Positions 1 to 10,761 of a DNA stretch of 64,000 bases are shown piece after piece (position 1 is the stretch's first letter; every line of letters begins with the position of its first letter). The position numbers and the translations under genes were made by a program. The notes beneath the pieces were generated by a model. That model was not told the DNA's origin, made no database searches, and saw only the letters and a program-made list of their open reading frames with translations. The stretch is from the sequence record PP456879.1, one strand, 5' to 3'.

Positions 1-231
<231 letters not shown>

Positions 232-241
232 TTAAAAACTA

Positions 242-1168
242 CTATTTTTTATAAGCAATAAATTTTCCAATATGCTTGAATCCCTTACAACTAATAGTAA
301 CTTTAATCGGATATTTAGCCTTCATTACATAAATTAACCTGGACATATTAAACGGCGCATAAAGTATAAAATCATTATCTACCATTTCTTTATGGAATGC
401 ATTAATCTTATCTTGGACTAGTTTAATATAATCCTCATCATTAATAATACTTTGTTTATCTGAAATAACAATCTTATCTACAGTATCGCCTTCAGCACAT
501 AGTCTTTCATATACCTCAGTACGGATAAATGTATTAACTGCGATATATGTATTTTCTGTTACTTGTGTAGCTTGTGCACTATAAATATCACTAATACAGT
601 AATTAGGTTTATATGGACCAAATGGATCAATAATATCTTTAATAGATACACTCTTTTTTGGTAGAACATGGGGTGTTTCTAAAAATGAAACACTGTCATG
701 TGCATCAATATCTAAATACTTATTGACTAGTGGGGCAACGCGGTTGAATGCCTCTTCATAGATAGCATACATGTAGCCACGGTAATCTGGTAAAGACGCA
801 TAATAATTACGCTGAACAACAGTCTCGCAACTACTAACATAATTATAAAAAATATCTGCGTGCCTTAAAACATTATTAAATTCATCTACGCCTAGAATTG
901 AACTAATCCAACTAACATCATTATCGTGGATAAATATAGCTAAACGAAGGTTTTGCCGTTTTGGATTAGTTTCATCTTGGAATGGATATGTTGTATATAG
1001 CTCAGTGATAGCTTGTTTAACTACATCAGGTGATTCATTGAAAAATTCTTTTGAGAATTGATCAATTGACATATTTTGTCTTTGCTGATATAGTTCATTA
1101 ATACGTGCTTCTACTTGCACAAGGAAGTTAATCTTTTTACTGATTTTAAGGCTATGTTCAGTATGCAT
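242..1168 (-). CDS. Hypothetical protein (~308 aa)
   Basis: Long ORF (track start 1216); likely start MHTEHS at 1168, just after the upstream stop at 1173. Confidence 0.8.
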   Translation of the reverse strand: MHTEHSLKISKKINFLVQVEARINELYQQRQNMSIDQFSKEFFNESPDVVKQAITELYTTYPFQDETNPKRQNLRLAIFIHDNDVSWISSILGVDEFNNVLRHADIFYNYVSSCETVVQRNYYASLPDYRGYMYAIYEEAFNRVAPLVNKYLDIDAHDSVSFLETPHVLPKKSVSIKDIIDPFGPYKPNYCISDIYSAQATQVTENTYIAVNTFIRTEVYERLCAEGDTVDKIVISDKQSIINDEDYIKLVQDKINAFHKEMVDNDFILYAPFNMSRLIYVMKAKYPIKVTISCKGFKHIGKFIAYKK

Positions 1169-1172
1169 TAAG

Positions 1173-1613
1173 TTATCTCTGTTTGATTGATTTAATAACA
1201 TCACAAACAATTTCAAACCATTCTTTTTCTTGAATGGTTAGGTTTGCTCCTGATAAAACTAATGGACCAAAACTTTTTGCTTTAAATAAAACGAATGGTC
1301 GACTATTAAGATTTAATAATAGGGTATCACGAAGGATATTGGTAAGTCCATCTACATATTGATACTTTAAACCATAGTCTAATTTATAATGGGAATTAAC
1401 CTCTGGTTGAAGAAAAGCCTTTTCTTTTTTACCAGTGATGAGATACATCCGAAGACCTTTGAATGAAAAGAAATTCTCATTATCAAGTGTGGTCTTCTTC
1501 TCTTTTCCATTAAACTGAAATAGATCAGGGAGCGGTGTATTACCGCTCTGATCTACAATGATGCTATCTACAGGATAATTATTTTGTACCCATGGGGTTT
1601 CTGGATTATTCAT
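1173..1613 (-). CDS. Hypothetical protein (~146 aa)
   Basis: Track ORF 1173..1664; likely start MNNPETPW at 1613 with GGTGGAG SD, coupled to the upstream stop. Confidence 0.75.
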   Translation of the reverse strand: MNNPETPWVQNNYPVDSIIVDQSGNTPLPDLFQFNGKEKKTTLDNENFFSFKGLRMYLITGKKEKAFLQPEVNSHYKLDYGLKYQYVDGLTNILRDTLLLNLNSRPFVLFKAKSFGPLVLSGANLTIQEKEWFEIVCDVIKSIKQR

Positions 1614-2367
1614 TTGAATTAGGCTCCACCCAATGAGGATCAGGTACAGGAACAATATGCACACTGTCCTCTAGTTTATCTCGAAGATTAGGATCATCAG
1701 TCCATTGTAGAGAAAGAGTGTATCTCTCCTCTTTAGGCCGTAGTAGTAGGAATCCACGTCTTAATGTATTCCAAGACATATTGGGCGATAGTAAACCACG
1801 CCTTTGTGTATTAGCCAATGAGGTAAGTTTCTTTTTATCCAATCCTACAAGGTTGACTGGATTATTTAAAAACTCTTCCCATAGCTTATCCCACTTCTCC
1901 TGGTTAATTCCTTCTTTCCAGAGAATATGCCTATACAGATGGGCCATTGTAGTTGTAGCTGGTTTTTGATTCTTAAAAATTTCACATTCTTCATAGGGGA
2001 AATCATTTGCAGAGCAAGTTACCTCATCTTCAGTTGGATCGATATTGATCGTATAAACTGAATCAGGTTTTGATGTACCCCAAATCAGACGTACCTCTAA
2101 TGTTGCTTTAACAGGTGATAAGAAATCAATAGCTTTCTTAAAGCCATCCCAACTCATTGTATCAGCTTTAAGTGCTTTATTAAGATTACCTTTATCTGGG
2201 TTATTCTTGTTATGTGGTTTTTGAAAGTATGCATTCAAACGTTTATCCCAAGCAAACTGTGTCATATTACGCCACAGTAGTACTTCCCGGAAAACATAAC
2301 ACAAAACCCCTTCTGCCTGCCTTAATCCTTTTTGAGGATCGCTTAATAAGTCTTTTACAGATTCCAT
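1606..2367 (-). CDS. Hypothetical protein with an internal tandem duplication
   Basis: 253-aa ORF; two ~100-aa units sharing WDK...P and MSW..(F/L)...L.P...L.W. Confidence 0.85.
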   Translation of the reverse strand: MESVKDLLSDPQKGLRQAEGVLCYVFREVLLWRNMTQFAWDKRLNAYFQKPHNKNNPDKGNLNKALKADTMSWDGFKKAIDFLSPVKATLEVRLIWGTSKPDSVYTINIDPTEDEVTCSANDFPYEECEIFKNQKPATTTMAHLYRHILWKEGINQEKWDKLWEEFLNNPVNLVGLDKKKLTSLANTQRRGLLSPNMSWNTLRRGFLLLRPKEERYTLSLQWTDDPNLRDKLEDSVHIVPVPDPHWVEPNSNE

Positions 2368-2437
2368 CTTTTTTACACCTACGGTGAATTGATAATAAAC
2401 ACACTTTATATTAATTTATACTTGTATAGTCTGCACC

Positions 2438-2962
2438 TCATAGTAACTTAATAATTGCTCTTGATAGTTCAATAATATCATAGTACATTCTATCCATCTG
2501 GCGCTGATATGCTTGATGGTTAATCTGTTCAAGATATTCAGTTTGTTGCCAAATTAAGTCACGCATAGTTTCAATAGATTTACATACATCAATAAAACTA
2601 TCATTACTGTTTATAAAATATTCATCAAGGTCAATTGATTTCCTGTCGATAAACTCAGTACGACACATTTCACTAATCTTTAGATCATCTTCATTTGCAA
2701 TATGATCATTTAACCTAGTTAGAGCATCTAATAAATAACCAATACTGTAATGTCTTAGATAGATAGGAACACCTATCATCTTCCTGATGGTCAGAGTTTT
2801 TAATTCATCCAGATTAATTAATTGCCAGAAATTATTAATAGCTTTTAATCGTTCTTCACCTGAAATAATATCTTTATCTATCCGTTCTAATTCAGTTAGA
2901 AGTTGTTCTTTACCAACTTCCTTTTGGAAGCCCCGGAAATATTGAATAAGTTTCTTAAACAT
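2438..2962 (-). CDS. Hypothetical alpha-helical protein
   Basis: 174-aa ORF, AGG SD-like sequence upstream. Confidence 0.8.
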   Translation of the reverse strand: MFKKLIQYFRGFQKEVGKEQLLTELERIDKDIISGEERLKAINNFWQLINLDELKTLTIRKMIGVPIYLRHYSIGYLLDALTRLNDHIANEDDLKISEMCRTEFIDRKSIDLDEYFINSNDSFIDVCKSIETMRDLIWQQTEYLEQINHQAYQRQMDRMYYDIIELSRAIIKLL

Positions 2963-3041
2963 GATATAGGACCTATTTTTCAGATACTTAGCATATGGTA
3001 AGTATGTTAGGTATTACTATTACTAATTAGAGGATAATAAA

Positions 3042-3557
3042 ATGTTCCATGGTGCAGATTTATCTGATGAGCCTTTAGAAAAGAAATCATCAACTACAGA
3101 AGAAAAGGTATATGCTGATCTAGAATATGAGCAGCAGATACGGTATACACAATCAGTTAAAGAGAAAGTACTAAAAGCTGTATTAGAAAATACAACTGGT
3201 AAAGTACCTACTGATAAAGAATCAGTTGATATGATTCTTAAATTAACAGATTCAATGGATAAGACAACAATTGCTAACCGTCGTATTCAAGTTGATTCTG
3301 AGGGTGCACGCTCTAACCGTGAACTTGCTGAAGGCTTTGCTGAATTCGTTAAGATGCAAATGAACCGTAATCCATTAATACGTGATCCGAATGATGTCCC
3401 TGCAACACCACGTGAGATTCCAGATATTCCTGATGAGGAATTTGAGAATTACACTATTGAAGAAGGTGAAACTGAAATCGGTATCATCATGGAGGAATCC
3501 AATGCATTTATGGAGCGGATGGATGCTGCACGAGAAAAAGAATTAGAAAACGATTGA
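3042..3557 (+). CDS. Hypothetical protein with an acidic C-terminus
   Basis: 171-aa ORF, AGAGGA SD, TATG motifs upstream, hairpin terminator downstream. Confidence 0.85.
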   Translation: MFHGADLSDEPLEKKSSTTEEKVYADLEYEQQIRYTQSVKEKVLKAVLENTTGKVPTDKESVDMILKLTDSMDKTTIANRRIQVDSEGARSNRELAEGFAEFVKMQMNRNPLIRDPNDVPATPREIPDIPDEEFENYTIEEGETEIGIIMEESNAFMERMDAAREKELEND

Positions 3558-3566
3558 TATTAACGA

Positions 3567-3599
3567 CATATAGCCCTCCCGTAATGGGAGGGCTATATG
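3567..3599. terminator. Bidirectional hairpin terminator between convergent genes
   Basis: CATATAGCCCTCCC-gtaat-GGGAGGGCTATATG, 14-bp perfect inverted repeat. Confidence 0.85.
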
Positions 3600-3602
3600 C
3601 AC

Positions 3603-4301
3603 TTAATACAAATCGATATCTAATACATCACCAACTGTATTTACGATTACTTCAACAGGTGGTAGCTCAATATTACCAATTGATTTCTTAATAACATTCA
3701 TTTGGTTAATAACTTGATTATGATCAGATGTTACTTTAAGAGCTAATAGTCCAATAGCAGTTAAACTTACGATTGCAGTTGAGTTATCTGAAATAGTTTC
3801 ATATGCAGCTTTACCTACTTTCTTAATAGTTTTAAATAGAGTAGGTTTATTTTGACGAATTAGTTTTCGTTCTTTTGCTTTAGCTAGCTCATCATCAAAT
3901 TCTTTATTAAAGCTACGGCGTTTACTCCAATCATAAACACCTGGTGAAACTTCTTCAAAATTGGAAGAGATTGCACCAAAATCACTAGCATGGCTAAACA
4001 TCCATTTAAAGATAAAGCGATTAGAAAGAACCCACGCCTGTAGATTAGTTTCTGCATCGTTGATTAGTTTAATAGCATCGCTTCCAGTAGCCACTTGGCC
4101 ATTAGCTTTAACAAATAAAATCAGTCTTACAGTAGTACCATTGATTACTGTGTTATTCACATTTGCAATCCTGGTATAAATTTCTTTAATAATTCGCTTT
4201 TGTTTATCTAAATCAGCACCATTTAAACGAATATTAAATTGACGGTCTAATACGGCCATTGCAGTTTCCTCTAGGGTTATTGTACCTAAAGTATACTGCA
4301 T
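3603..4301 (-). CDS. Hypothetical protein with a C-proximal hydrophobic segment (early operon)
   Basis: 232-aa ORF; TAIVSLTAIGLLALKV segment. Confidence 0.8.
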   Translation of the reverse strand: MQYTLGTITLEETAMAVLDRQFNIRLNGADLDKQKRIIKEIYTRIANVNNTVINGTTVRLILFVKANGQVATGSDAIKLINDAETNLQAWVLSNRFIFKWMFSHASDFGAISSNFEEVSPGVYDWSKRRSFNKEFDDELAKAKERKLIRQNKPTLFKTIKKVGKAAYETISDNSTAIVSLTAIGLLALKVTSDHNQVINQMNVIKKSIGNIELPPVEVIVNTVGDVLDIDLY

Positions 4302-4308
4302 GACCGTA

Positions 4309-4737
4309 TTATTTTAATTTTTTACATGCTTTATAAAACCGTGTACCAACGTACAAAATAAACCCGCCAATAACAGCAACTGATGTGATTGTTTCCAGCG
4401 GCATGCGCTTAGCGGGTTCTTCAATTGGTACTGTAACAGCTGGTAATTCAATTCTTTTCTCAATAACTTTTTTACCAGTTAACTTATAATAAACATCTGG
4501 TTCTAATGTTATCGATTCAAGAATCTGATTACTACATGGATAGCGTGTGACGCCTCCATGTCCATCTGCAACATAGAAGCTGAATGTATCGCCTACACGA
4601 TGTAAGTCAACCACACTACCCATATATGTCATATGAGCTGGATAGAGTTCTGCCTTGACCTTTCCATCGTTGAATAAGTCAATGACGGAACTCTTCTTTA
4701 GCTCACCCATTAAGTTTGCTAAAGTGAATGCCGCCAT
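4309..4737 (-). CDS. Hypothetical tail-anchored membrane protein (early operon)
   Basis: 142-aa ORF; VAVIGGFILYVGTRF followed by a basic tail. Confidence 0.8.
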   Translation of the reverse strand: MAAFTLANLMGELKKSSVIDLFNDGKVKAELYPAHMTYMGSVVDLHRVGDTFSFYVADGHGGVTRYPCSNQILESITLEPDVYYKLTGKKVIEKRIELPAVTVPIEEPAKRMPLETITSVAVIGGFILYVGTRFYKACKKLK

Positions 4738-4755
4738 TAGCGATAACCCTATTAT

Positions 4756-4962
4756 TTAATCGACTTGTTGAGCACTATCATCAATATCGATTTTATCTAG
4801 CTCATCAGTTAGAATATCTACTTCACTGTCTAGTACCGTATCATCATCAGCTACGGTGTCATCAATAACGGTTGATTTAGAAACGGCCTTATATAGATTA
4901 ATAGCGGCAACAGCGAGGGCACCAGTTGAGATAATTGCAGCTGCGATCTTTAGTACTTTCAT
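4756..4962 (-). CDS. Small membrane protein with an acidic tail (early operon)
   Basis: 68 aa; N-terminal hydrophobic helix, Asp-rich C-terminus; AGGA SD. Confidence 0.75.
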   Translation of the reverse strand: MKVLKIAAAIISTGALAVAAINLYKAVSKSTVIDDTVADDDTVLDSEVDILTDELDKIDIDDSAQQVD

Positions 4963-5016
4963 TTTCTATTTTTCCTAATCATTAAGTTTTAATAAGTATC
5001 CAATATAGATACATGT

Positions 5017-5052
5017 CTGTAATATAGATCTTAAACTTTTTTTAGTGTAATA
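5017..5052 (-). promoter_or_regulatory. phiKZ-type early promoter
   Basis: Minus strand TTTAAGATCTATATTACAG contains the early consensus TATATTAC (5019-5026); 27 bp identical to 56724-56750. Confidence 0.8.
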
Positions 5053-5072
5053 AAAAAATTAATGCGATATAA

Positions 5073-5094
5073 ACCCCCTCCCGAAGGAGAGGGT
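5073..5094 (-). terminator. Hairpin terminator (cUUCGg loop)
   Basis: Minus ACCCTCTCC-TTCG-GGAGGGGGT downstream of 5105..5500. Confidence 0.8.
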
Positions 5095-5104
5095 AATATG
5101 TATA

Positions 5105-5500
5105 TCAGTATTCCATCGAAGTTAATACTCGATAATGATCTAATAGTAAATCAATAACAGAGTAAAAAGAATCACAGTTGAATTGCGTATCTATATTTGC
5201 AGATACTCCAGTAATACGATTGATAATATGGAGACACTTAATATCTCCACCACGTTGTCTGATAAAAACAACTGCCCACACTGGCCACGTACTATCTGGT
5301 GTGGTGTCTTGAATAACTAATCTGTAATACCCATCATTTACTGTTTCAATGGATGCTTGGATTGGATCATCTGTATAAGCCGATTCTACTTGAACATATT
5401 GATCATTATAATAAAACATTTCCTTAATAAGTTTAGCACAGGCATGTAATGTCTCCATTACCTTAGCTGAACTATTTGGATTATATTGTTGATTAAACAT
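5105..5500 (-). CDS. Hypothetical early protein
   Basis: 131-aa ORF with AGAGG SD, its own early promoter and terminator. Confidence 0.8.
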   Translation of the reverse strand: MFNQQYNPNSSAKVMETLHACAKLIKEMFYYNDQYVQVESAYTDDPIQASIETVNDGYYRLVIQDTTPDSTWPVWAVVFIRQRGGDIKCLHIINRITGVSANIDTQFNCDSFYSVIDLLLDHYRVLTSMEY

Positions 5501-5532
5501 GTCATTAACCTCTTAAGATATTGTATGCATAG

Positions 5533-5566
5533 TAGTAATATATATCTTAATTATTTTTTAGTGTAG
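5533..5566 (-). promoter_or_regulatory. phiKZ-type early promoter
   Basis: Minus ATTAAGATATATATTACTAC with TATATTAC at 5535-5542 and an upstream A-tract as in the other copies. Confidence 0.7.
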
Positions 5567-5591
5567 TTGTGAAAACTTAGAGGAATATACG

Positions 5592-5768
5592 ATGCCTAGT
5601 AAAAGTAAAAAACAACATAACTTCATGGCTGCTGTAGCCAATGATAAGAAGTTTGCTAAGAAAGTTGGTGTACCACAATCAGTTGGTAAAGACTTTGTTG
5701 AGGCTGATAAAAATAAAAAGAGTTTTGAAAGTGTTTCACTTAATAGCACTTATAAAGATAGTTACTAA
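5592..5768 (+). CDS. Small basic protein, 58 aa (MPSKSKKQHNFMAAVANDKKFAKKVGVPQSVGKDFVEAD...)
   Basis: Hand-translated, below the track cutoff; AGAGGA SD and an immediate downstream terminator. Confidence 0.8.
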   Translation: MPSKSKKQHNFMAAVANDKKFAKKVGVPQSVGKDFVEADKNKKSFESVSLNSTYKDSY

Positions 5769-5774
5769 TATAAT

Positions 5775-5795
5775 GCCCTCCCATTGCGGGAGGGC
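5775..5795. terminator. Bidirectional hairpin terminator
   Basis: GCCCTCCC-attgc-GGGAGGGC between convergent genes. Confidence 0.85.
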
Positions 5796-5810
5796 TTATG
5801 TTGCTTATAA

Positions 5811-8303
5811 TTATTTTAATACTAGATTTTTATTAAATACTTCTGGAGTACTAATATTAGCTGGATCAAGTACAATAAATTCAGCTTGGTTAAATGCACC
5901 GTGTGTTGATTCAAAGTGGCTGATGAAGAACACTTGATTAACAATGCCATTTTCAATTAACCTGTTAATGAATGGAATAGCATTGGCTCGATGTTGTTCA
6001 TCAAAAGTCCTGCTAAATTCATCTAAGAAAAGGGGCATGTCATCTAGATGTAAAAATTTCAAGATAGCCATTCTAAAAGCAAAATCAACAATCTCTAATT
6101 GTGAGTCAGACCCGTATTCAATGTCCGGTGGCTGAACGTCACCACCTGCAATATGCATTGGGAACTTATAATCCATGCCATCTTTGTCAACATTAGAAGG
6201 TAATACTTCTAACCTATAAGTCCAAATCTCATTGATGTATGCATTTACTAGTTTAACTACTCCTTGTAAGAAACCTAATAAATAGCGACCAAGAATACCA
6301 CTTTTTGGTGATAATGCTTTTTCAAGAATAGCTAAATCAGTAGCCATTTGTTGTGCATGGTTAACTTCTGATTCTAAAACTTTAATACGTTCTTCATGAC
6401 GTTCCATTTCACTTAAACGACTATGCACACTAGATAGTTCTAAGTTAACAGCATCAATCTCTGCTTGGTATGCCTTATCTACAAAGTTATCAGCTGTATC
6501 CACTATCTTTTTAATAAACTGCTCCCATCGTTCAATAAAAGAATGATACTTATCTTCCCATTCACGAATAGCATTACCAGCTTTATTGAAATGAGATGCT
6601 TTTCTTTGTAAGTCAGCTGCTACATGTGTTTTATTATTAATTTCAGTTTCTAGTGCAGTTGTACGTGCCTTAATGAACTCTAATGCATCTTGATCCATCT
6701 CAGCAATAACACGTAGTCGTTGAGCTAATAAAGTAGCTTCCGCATGAGCTTGCTTAGAGACAATGAGTTGCTGCATTGCATCTCGCCAGTCTAATGCATC
6801 ATTTATATATTTTGCTGGTGTGCGATACATTACGACATGTTCAGCTACATAGTTCCATAATGTATCAAATTCGTTATACTCTTTCGTTAATTGAACGTAG
6901 CCATGTACATAACTTACATATTCATTGAAGTCAGTCATGTACTGTTCAAGAACCTTGATCTCATTTGAACAGCTATCCATCGCTTCATCTAACTTAGCTT
7001 TGCGCTCTTCTGCTATTGTGATATCTTGTTCACTAACACCAGGTTTAAATGAATGAGTGCATGATGGGCAAGTAATAGATGCGCATTCCTTAAATGAATT
7101 TAGGCGTTGATTAATTTGTAAATACATGCCTTCCATGGTTGAGTATTTACTTTTTAATTCTTTTAGCCTTTCTGCATTTTTAATAGCAGTTTCTTTACTT
7201 AAGTAACCATTCTCATTATTAGGAAATGTAGTGAGAAGTTTGATCCAACGATCTGAGAGATCAGTAAGTTTACCAGATGGATCACCGTTAACAGAAATGT
7301 CAACCAAAGGAAATCTACCGGTATACTTCTTATATTTACTAATAGCTTCTTCAGCAATGCGTGTATGATGTTCATGTCTGTCCTTAAGTTCTTGTATTTC
7401 TTCTGGAGACATACGTTCAGCTGTATTCGGATTAGAGCTTTTTAATTCTTCTAATTCTTCAACTAAACGTGCAATAACTGCTTGTATAGATTTATATTCT
7501 TCAATCTTCTTATTATTTAGTTCTAAGAAAGATTCATACCCATCTACTTTAACTTGAATAGGTAACATTGGAAATGACATTAACAATGAACGAGCTTCAT
7601 CTAAGATAGAATCTAATTCTTTACGTGCAGTGGTTTCATCTCTAAAATGAAGGACACCTTTCTTATCACGTGTTTTATAAAGTAAATCAATACGACTAAC
7701 TAACCGTTGTTTCACTTCTTTCAACTGTGTCATTTCTGAATCATTCAATACCCCATGGTGTTCTGTGACCAATCGCTTATTAATTGTTTTAACAGTACCT
7801 TGCTGGTTAGATAATTCTTTACGTACTTTGTTATAAACATTAAATGCATAATCAAGGTTAACTACAGACATTCTAGTTAACCATGCTTTACGTTCATTAG
7901 GTTTTAACTTTGTAAAACGCATCTTACCTGTCAACATTTCATGCAGTTCTCGGTTTAACCCGAAATGCGCCATTACAAGTTCTTCTTGTTCTTTAAAGGT
8001 ATGACCACTATTTAATTCTTCATCATTACATAAAAAGGAATGATGTCCAGTGCCACGGTTATATTTAGAAATTAATTTATAGTCTTTACCATTTGCATGA
8101 CAATGGAAATGTTTCTCGCCACCTTGCTTGAAGTTTGAACTGCTAGATACAACAGGTGTCAGTTCACTAATAATAGATGATTTGCCAGAACCATTACTAC
8201 CAAGTATAACCATCATCTGTTTGCTTGGAGTCCATTCAAAATAATGTGTATTATTGGCCATCAACCTAGTATAGCCAATTAGCTTAAGTAGCTTGATCTG
8301 CAT
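5811..8303 (-). CDS. sbcC: SbcC/Rad50-like SMC ATPase (phiKZ gp165-like)
   Basis: Walker A GSNGSGKSS, long coiled coil with central CPSC zinc hook, Walker B LFLDEF, H-loop ISH. Confidence 0.9.
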   Translation of the reverse strand: MQIKLLKLIGYTRLMANNTHYFEWTPSKQMMVILGSNGSGKSSIISELTPVVSSSSNFKQGGEKHFHCHANGKDYKLISKYNRGTGHHSFLCNDEELNSGHTFKEQEELVMAHFGLNRELHEMLTGKMRFTKLKPNERKAWLTRMSVVNLDYAFNVYNKVRKELSNQQGTVKTINKRLVTEHHGVLNDSEMTQLKEVKQRLVSRIDLLYKTRDKKGVLHFRDETTARKELDSILDEARSLLMSFPMLPIQVKVDGYESFLELNNKKIEEYKSIQAVIARLVEELEELKSSNPNTAERMSPEEIQELKDRHEHHTRIAEEAISKYKKYTGRFPLVDISVNGDPSGKLTDLSDRWIKLLTTFPNNENGYLSKETAIKNAERLKELKSKYSTMEGMYLQINQRLNSFKECASITCPSCTHSFKPGVSEQDITIAEERKAKLDEAMDSCSNEIKVLEQYMTDFNEYVSYVHGYVQLTKEYNEFDTLWNYVAEHVVMYRTPAKYINDALDWRDAMQQLIVSKQAHAEATLLAQRLRVIAEMDQDALEFIKARTTALETEINNKTHVAADLQRKASHFNKAGNAIREWEDKYHSFIERWEQFIKKIVDTADNFVDKAYQAEIDAVNLELSSVHSRLSEMERHEERIKVLESEVNHAQQMATDLAILEKALSPKSGILGRYLLGFLQGVVKLVNAYINEIWTYRLEVLPSNVDKDGMDYKFPMHIAGGDVQPPDIEYGSDSQLEIVDFAFRMAILKFLHLDDMPLFLDEFSRTFDEQHRANAIPFINRLIENGIVNQVFFISHFESTHGAFNQAEFIVLDPANISTPEVFNKNLVLK

Positions 8304-8352
8304 GATTAACCCTTAATAATGTCTTACTCTATAGAGTTAATAACCCTAGTAA

Positions 8353-9525
<1,173 letters not shown>

Positions 9526-9529
9526 AGAA

Positions 9530-9561
9530 CATAATGCCCTCCCACTATGGGAGGGCTTATG
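9530..9561. terminator. Bidirectional hairpin terminator
   Basis: CATAATGCCCTCCC-actat-GGGAGGGCTTATG. Confidence 0.85.
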
Positions 9562-9564
9562 CTG

Positions 9565-10752
9565 TTAAATACCTTCATTCTCATAATGAGTAATGCAGTG
9601 ACTAACAAATGTTAACCAGACTTTAAGAGTTACTGCTAACCAATGGGTGTAGTTACCAACAGGTTCTGCTAATTTTCGGGATATCTCAGCGAGCATATTA
9701 ATTGCCTCGCCATTTGCCCTTCCCAATAACTCACTACGTTCAGCTAGCTGTCGAATTGAATCATCTACAACTACCTTAACTGTTTTATATTCTACTTCGC
9801 CTTGTTTAGCACGTTCAGCGATCGTTAAAATATTAGCAATACCAGTTACAATATCACTTAGCGTAGTTACAGAAGGTACTTCTATATCTCGTTCAGTGCT
9901 ATCAATTGCATTGATTTGTAACTCTGTAAATTCCATTGTAAATGTATTGCGAACCATTTCTAGTGCAGATTGTTTATTAGTAACTGATGTAGCTATATGG
10001 TCAGCATCAGTATAAACAAATGCACGATTAGCTGGTAAAATATAACTTCTATGGGTACCAGTAGAAGTAGTCTCACCTTTCTTTAATGGCTCATCCCCTG
10101 GCGGCGCTTTAAAATCACGACGCACTATATCGGCAAAAGATTGTAATAACTCATCAATGATTTCTGTAGTGGTATCTTCGCCTTGATTATCTAAGATATT
10201 CAATGCTTGTCTACTAATATTTCGAGCAATATTAGAAGTCATTTTAGGATAAGTCATTAAAATATAATTAGTGACTTCTTTGATATCTAAAAGATTATCT
10301 GGTCGATCACCAATGAATTCACCGTTAATAGATAATCGCTGTAAACCAGAAACAGTCAATCGAGTATTAGTCGTACGATTACCTAGTTTTGCAAGTCGCC
10401 TAGATAATTTTTGCTGTGTTTTACGCACATGTGAAATACTGCCAGTAAACTTGACGTAGAATGCCGTGAGTGTTTCGATTACCATCCGCACAATATCTCG
10501 TGCAGCCTTAGCAGCTCGAACTAATGCATCTTTTAAAGCACGTAGTGTAATTATACCGCCTTCTTTTATGGAGAAGGCGGGATCGATACTTTCTAAAGCA
10601 AATGACATCGCTTTAGACAGGTCTTCAGATGCTACGTCACGTCCATCTAGCAGATCTTGATAACGAGCTAATCGATGGCGATATGCTTCAACAGAAACAA
10701 TAGCCTCTTTGAGTTCATTATTGGTAATTAATAGTTCTGCATATGTGGACAT
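9565..10752 (-). CDS. Internal head protein (phiKZ gp163-like paralog family)
   Basis: 395 aa; ALE protease-type site followed by the EGGxxxxxALKDA...IVR region; adjacent paralog. Confidence 0.7.
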   Translation of the reverse strand: MSTYAELLITNNELKEAIVSVEAYRHRLARYQDLLDGRDVASEDLSKAMSFALESIDPAFSIKEGGIITLRALKDALVRAAKAARDIVRMVIETLTAFYVKFTGSISHVRKTQQKLSRRLAKLGNRTTNTRLTVSGLQRLSINGEFIGDRPDNLLDIKEVTNYILMTYPKMTSNIARNISRQALNILDNQGEDTTTEIIDELLQSFADIVRRDFKAPPGDEPLKKGETTSTGTHRSYILPANRAFVYTDADHIATSVTNKQSALEMVRNTFTMEFTELQINAIDSTERDIEVPSVTTLSDIVTGIANILTIAERAKQGEVEYKTVKVVVDDSIRQLAERSELLGRANGEAINMLAEISRKLAEPVGNYTHWLAVTLKVWLTFVSHCITHYENEGI

Positions 10753-10761
10753 TATGTTTAC

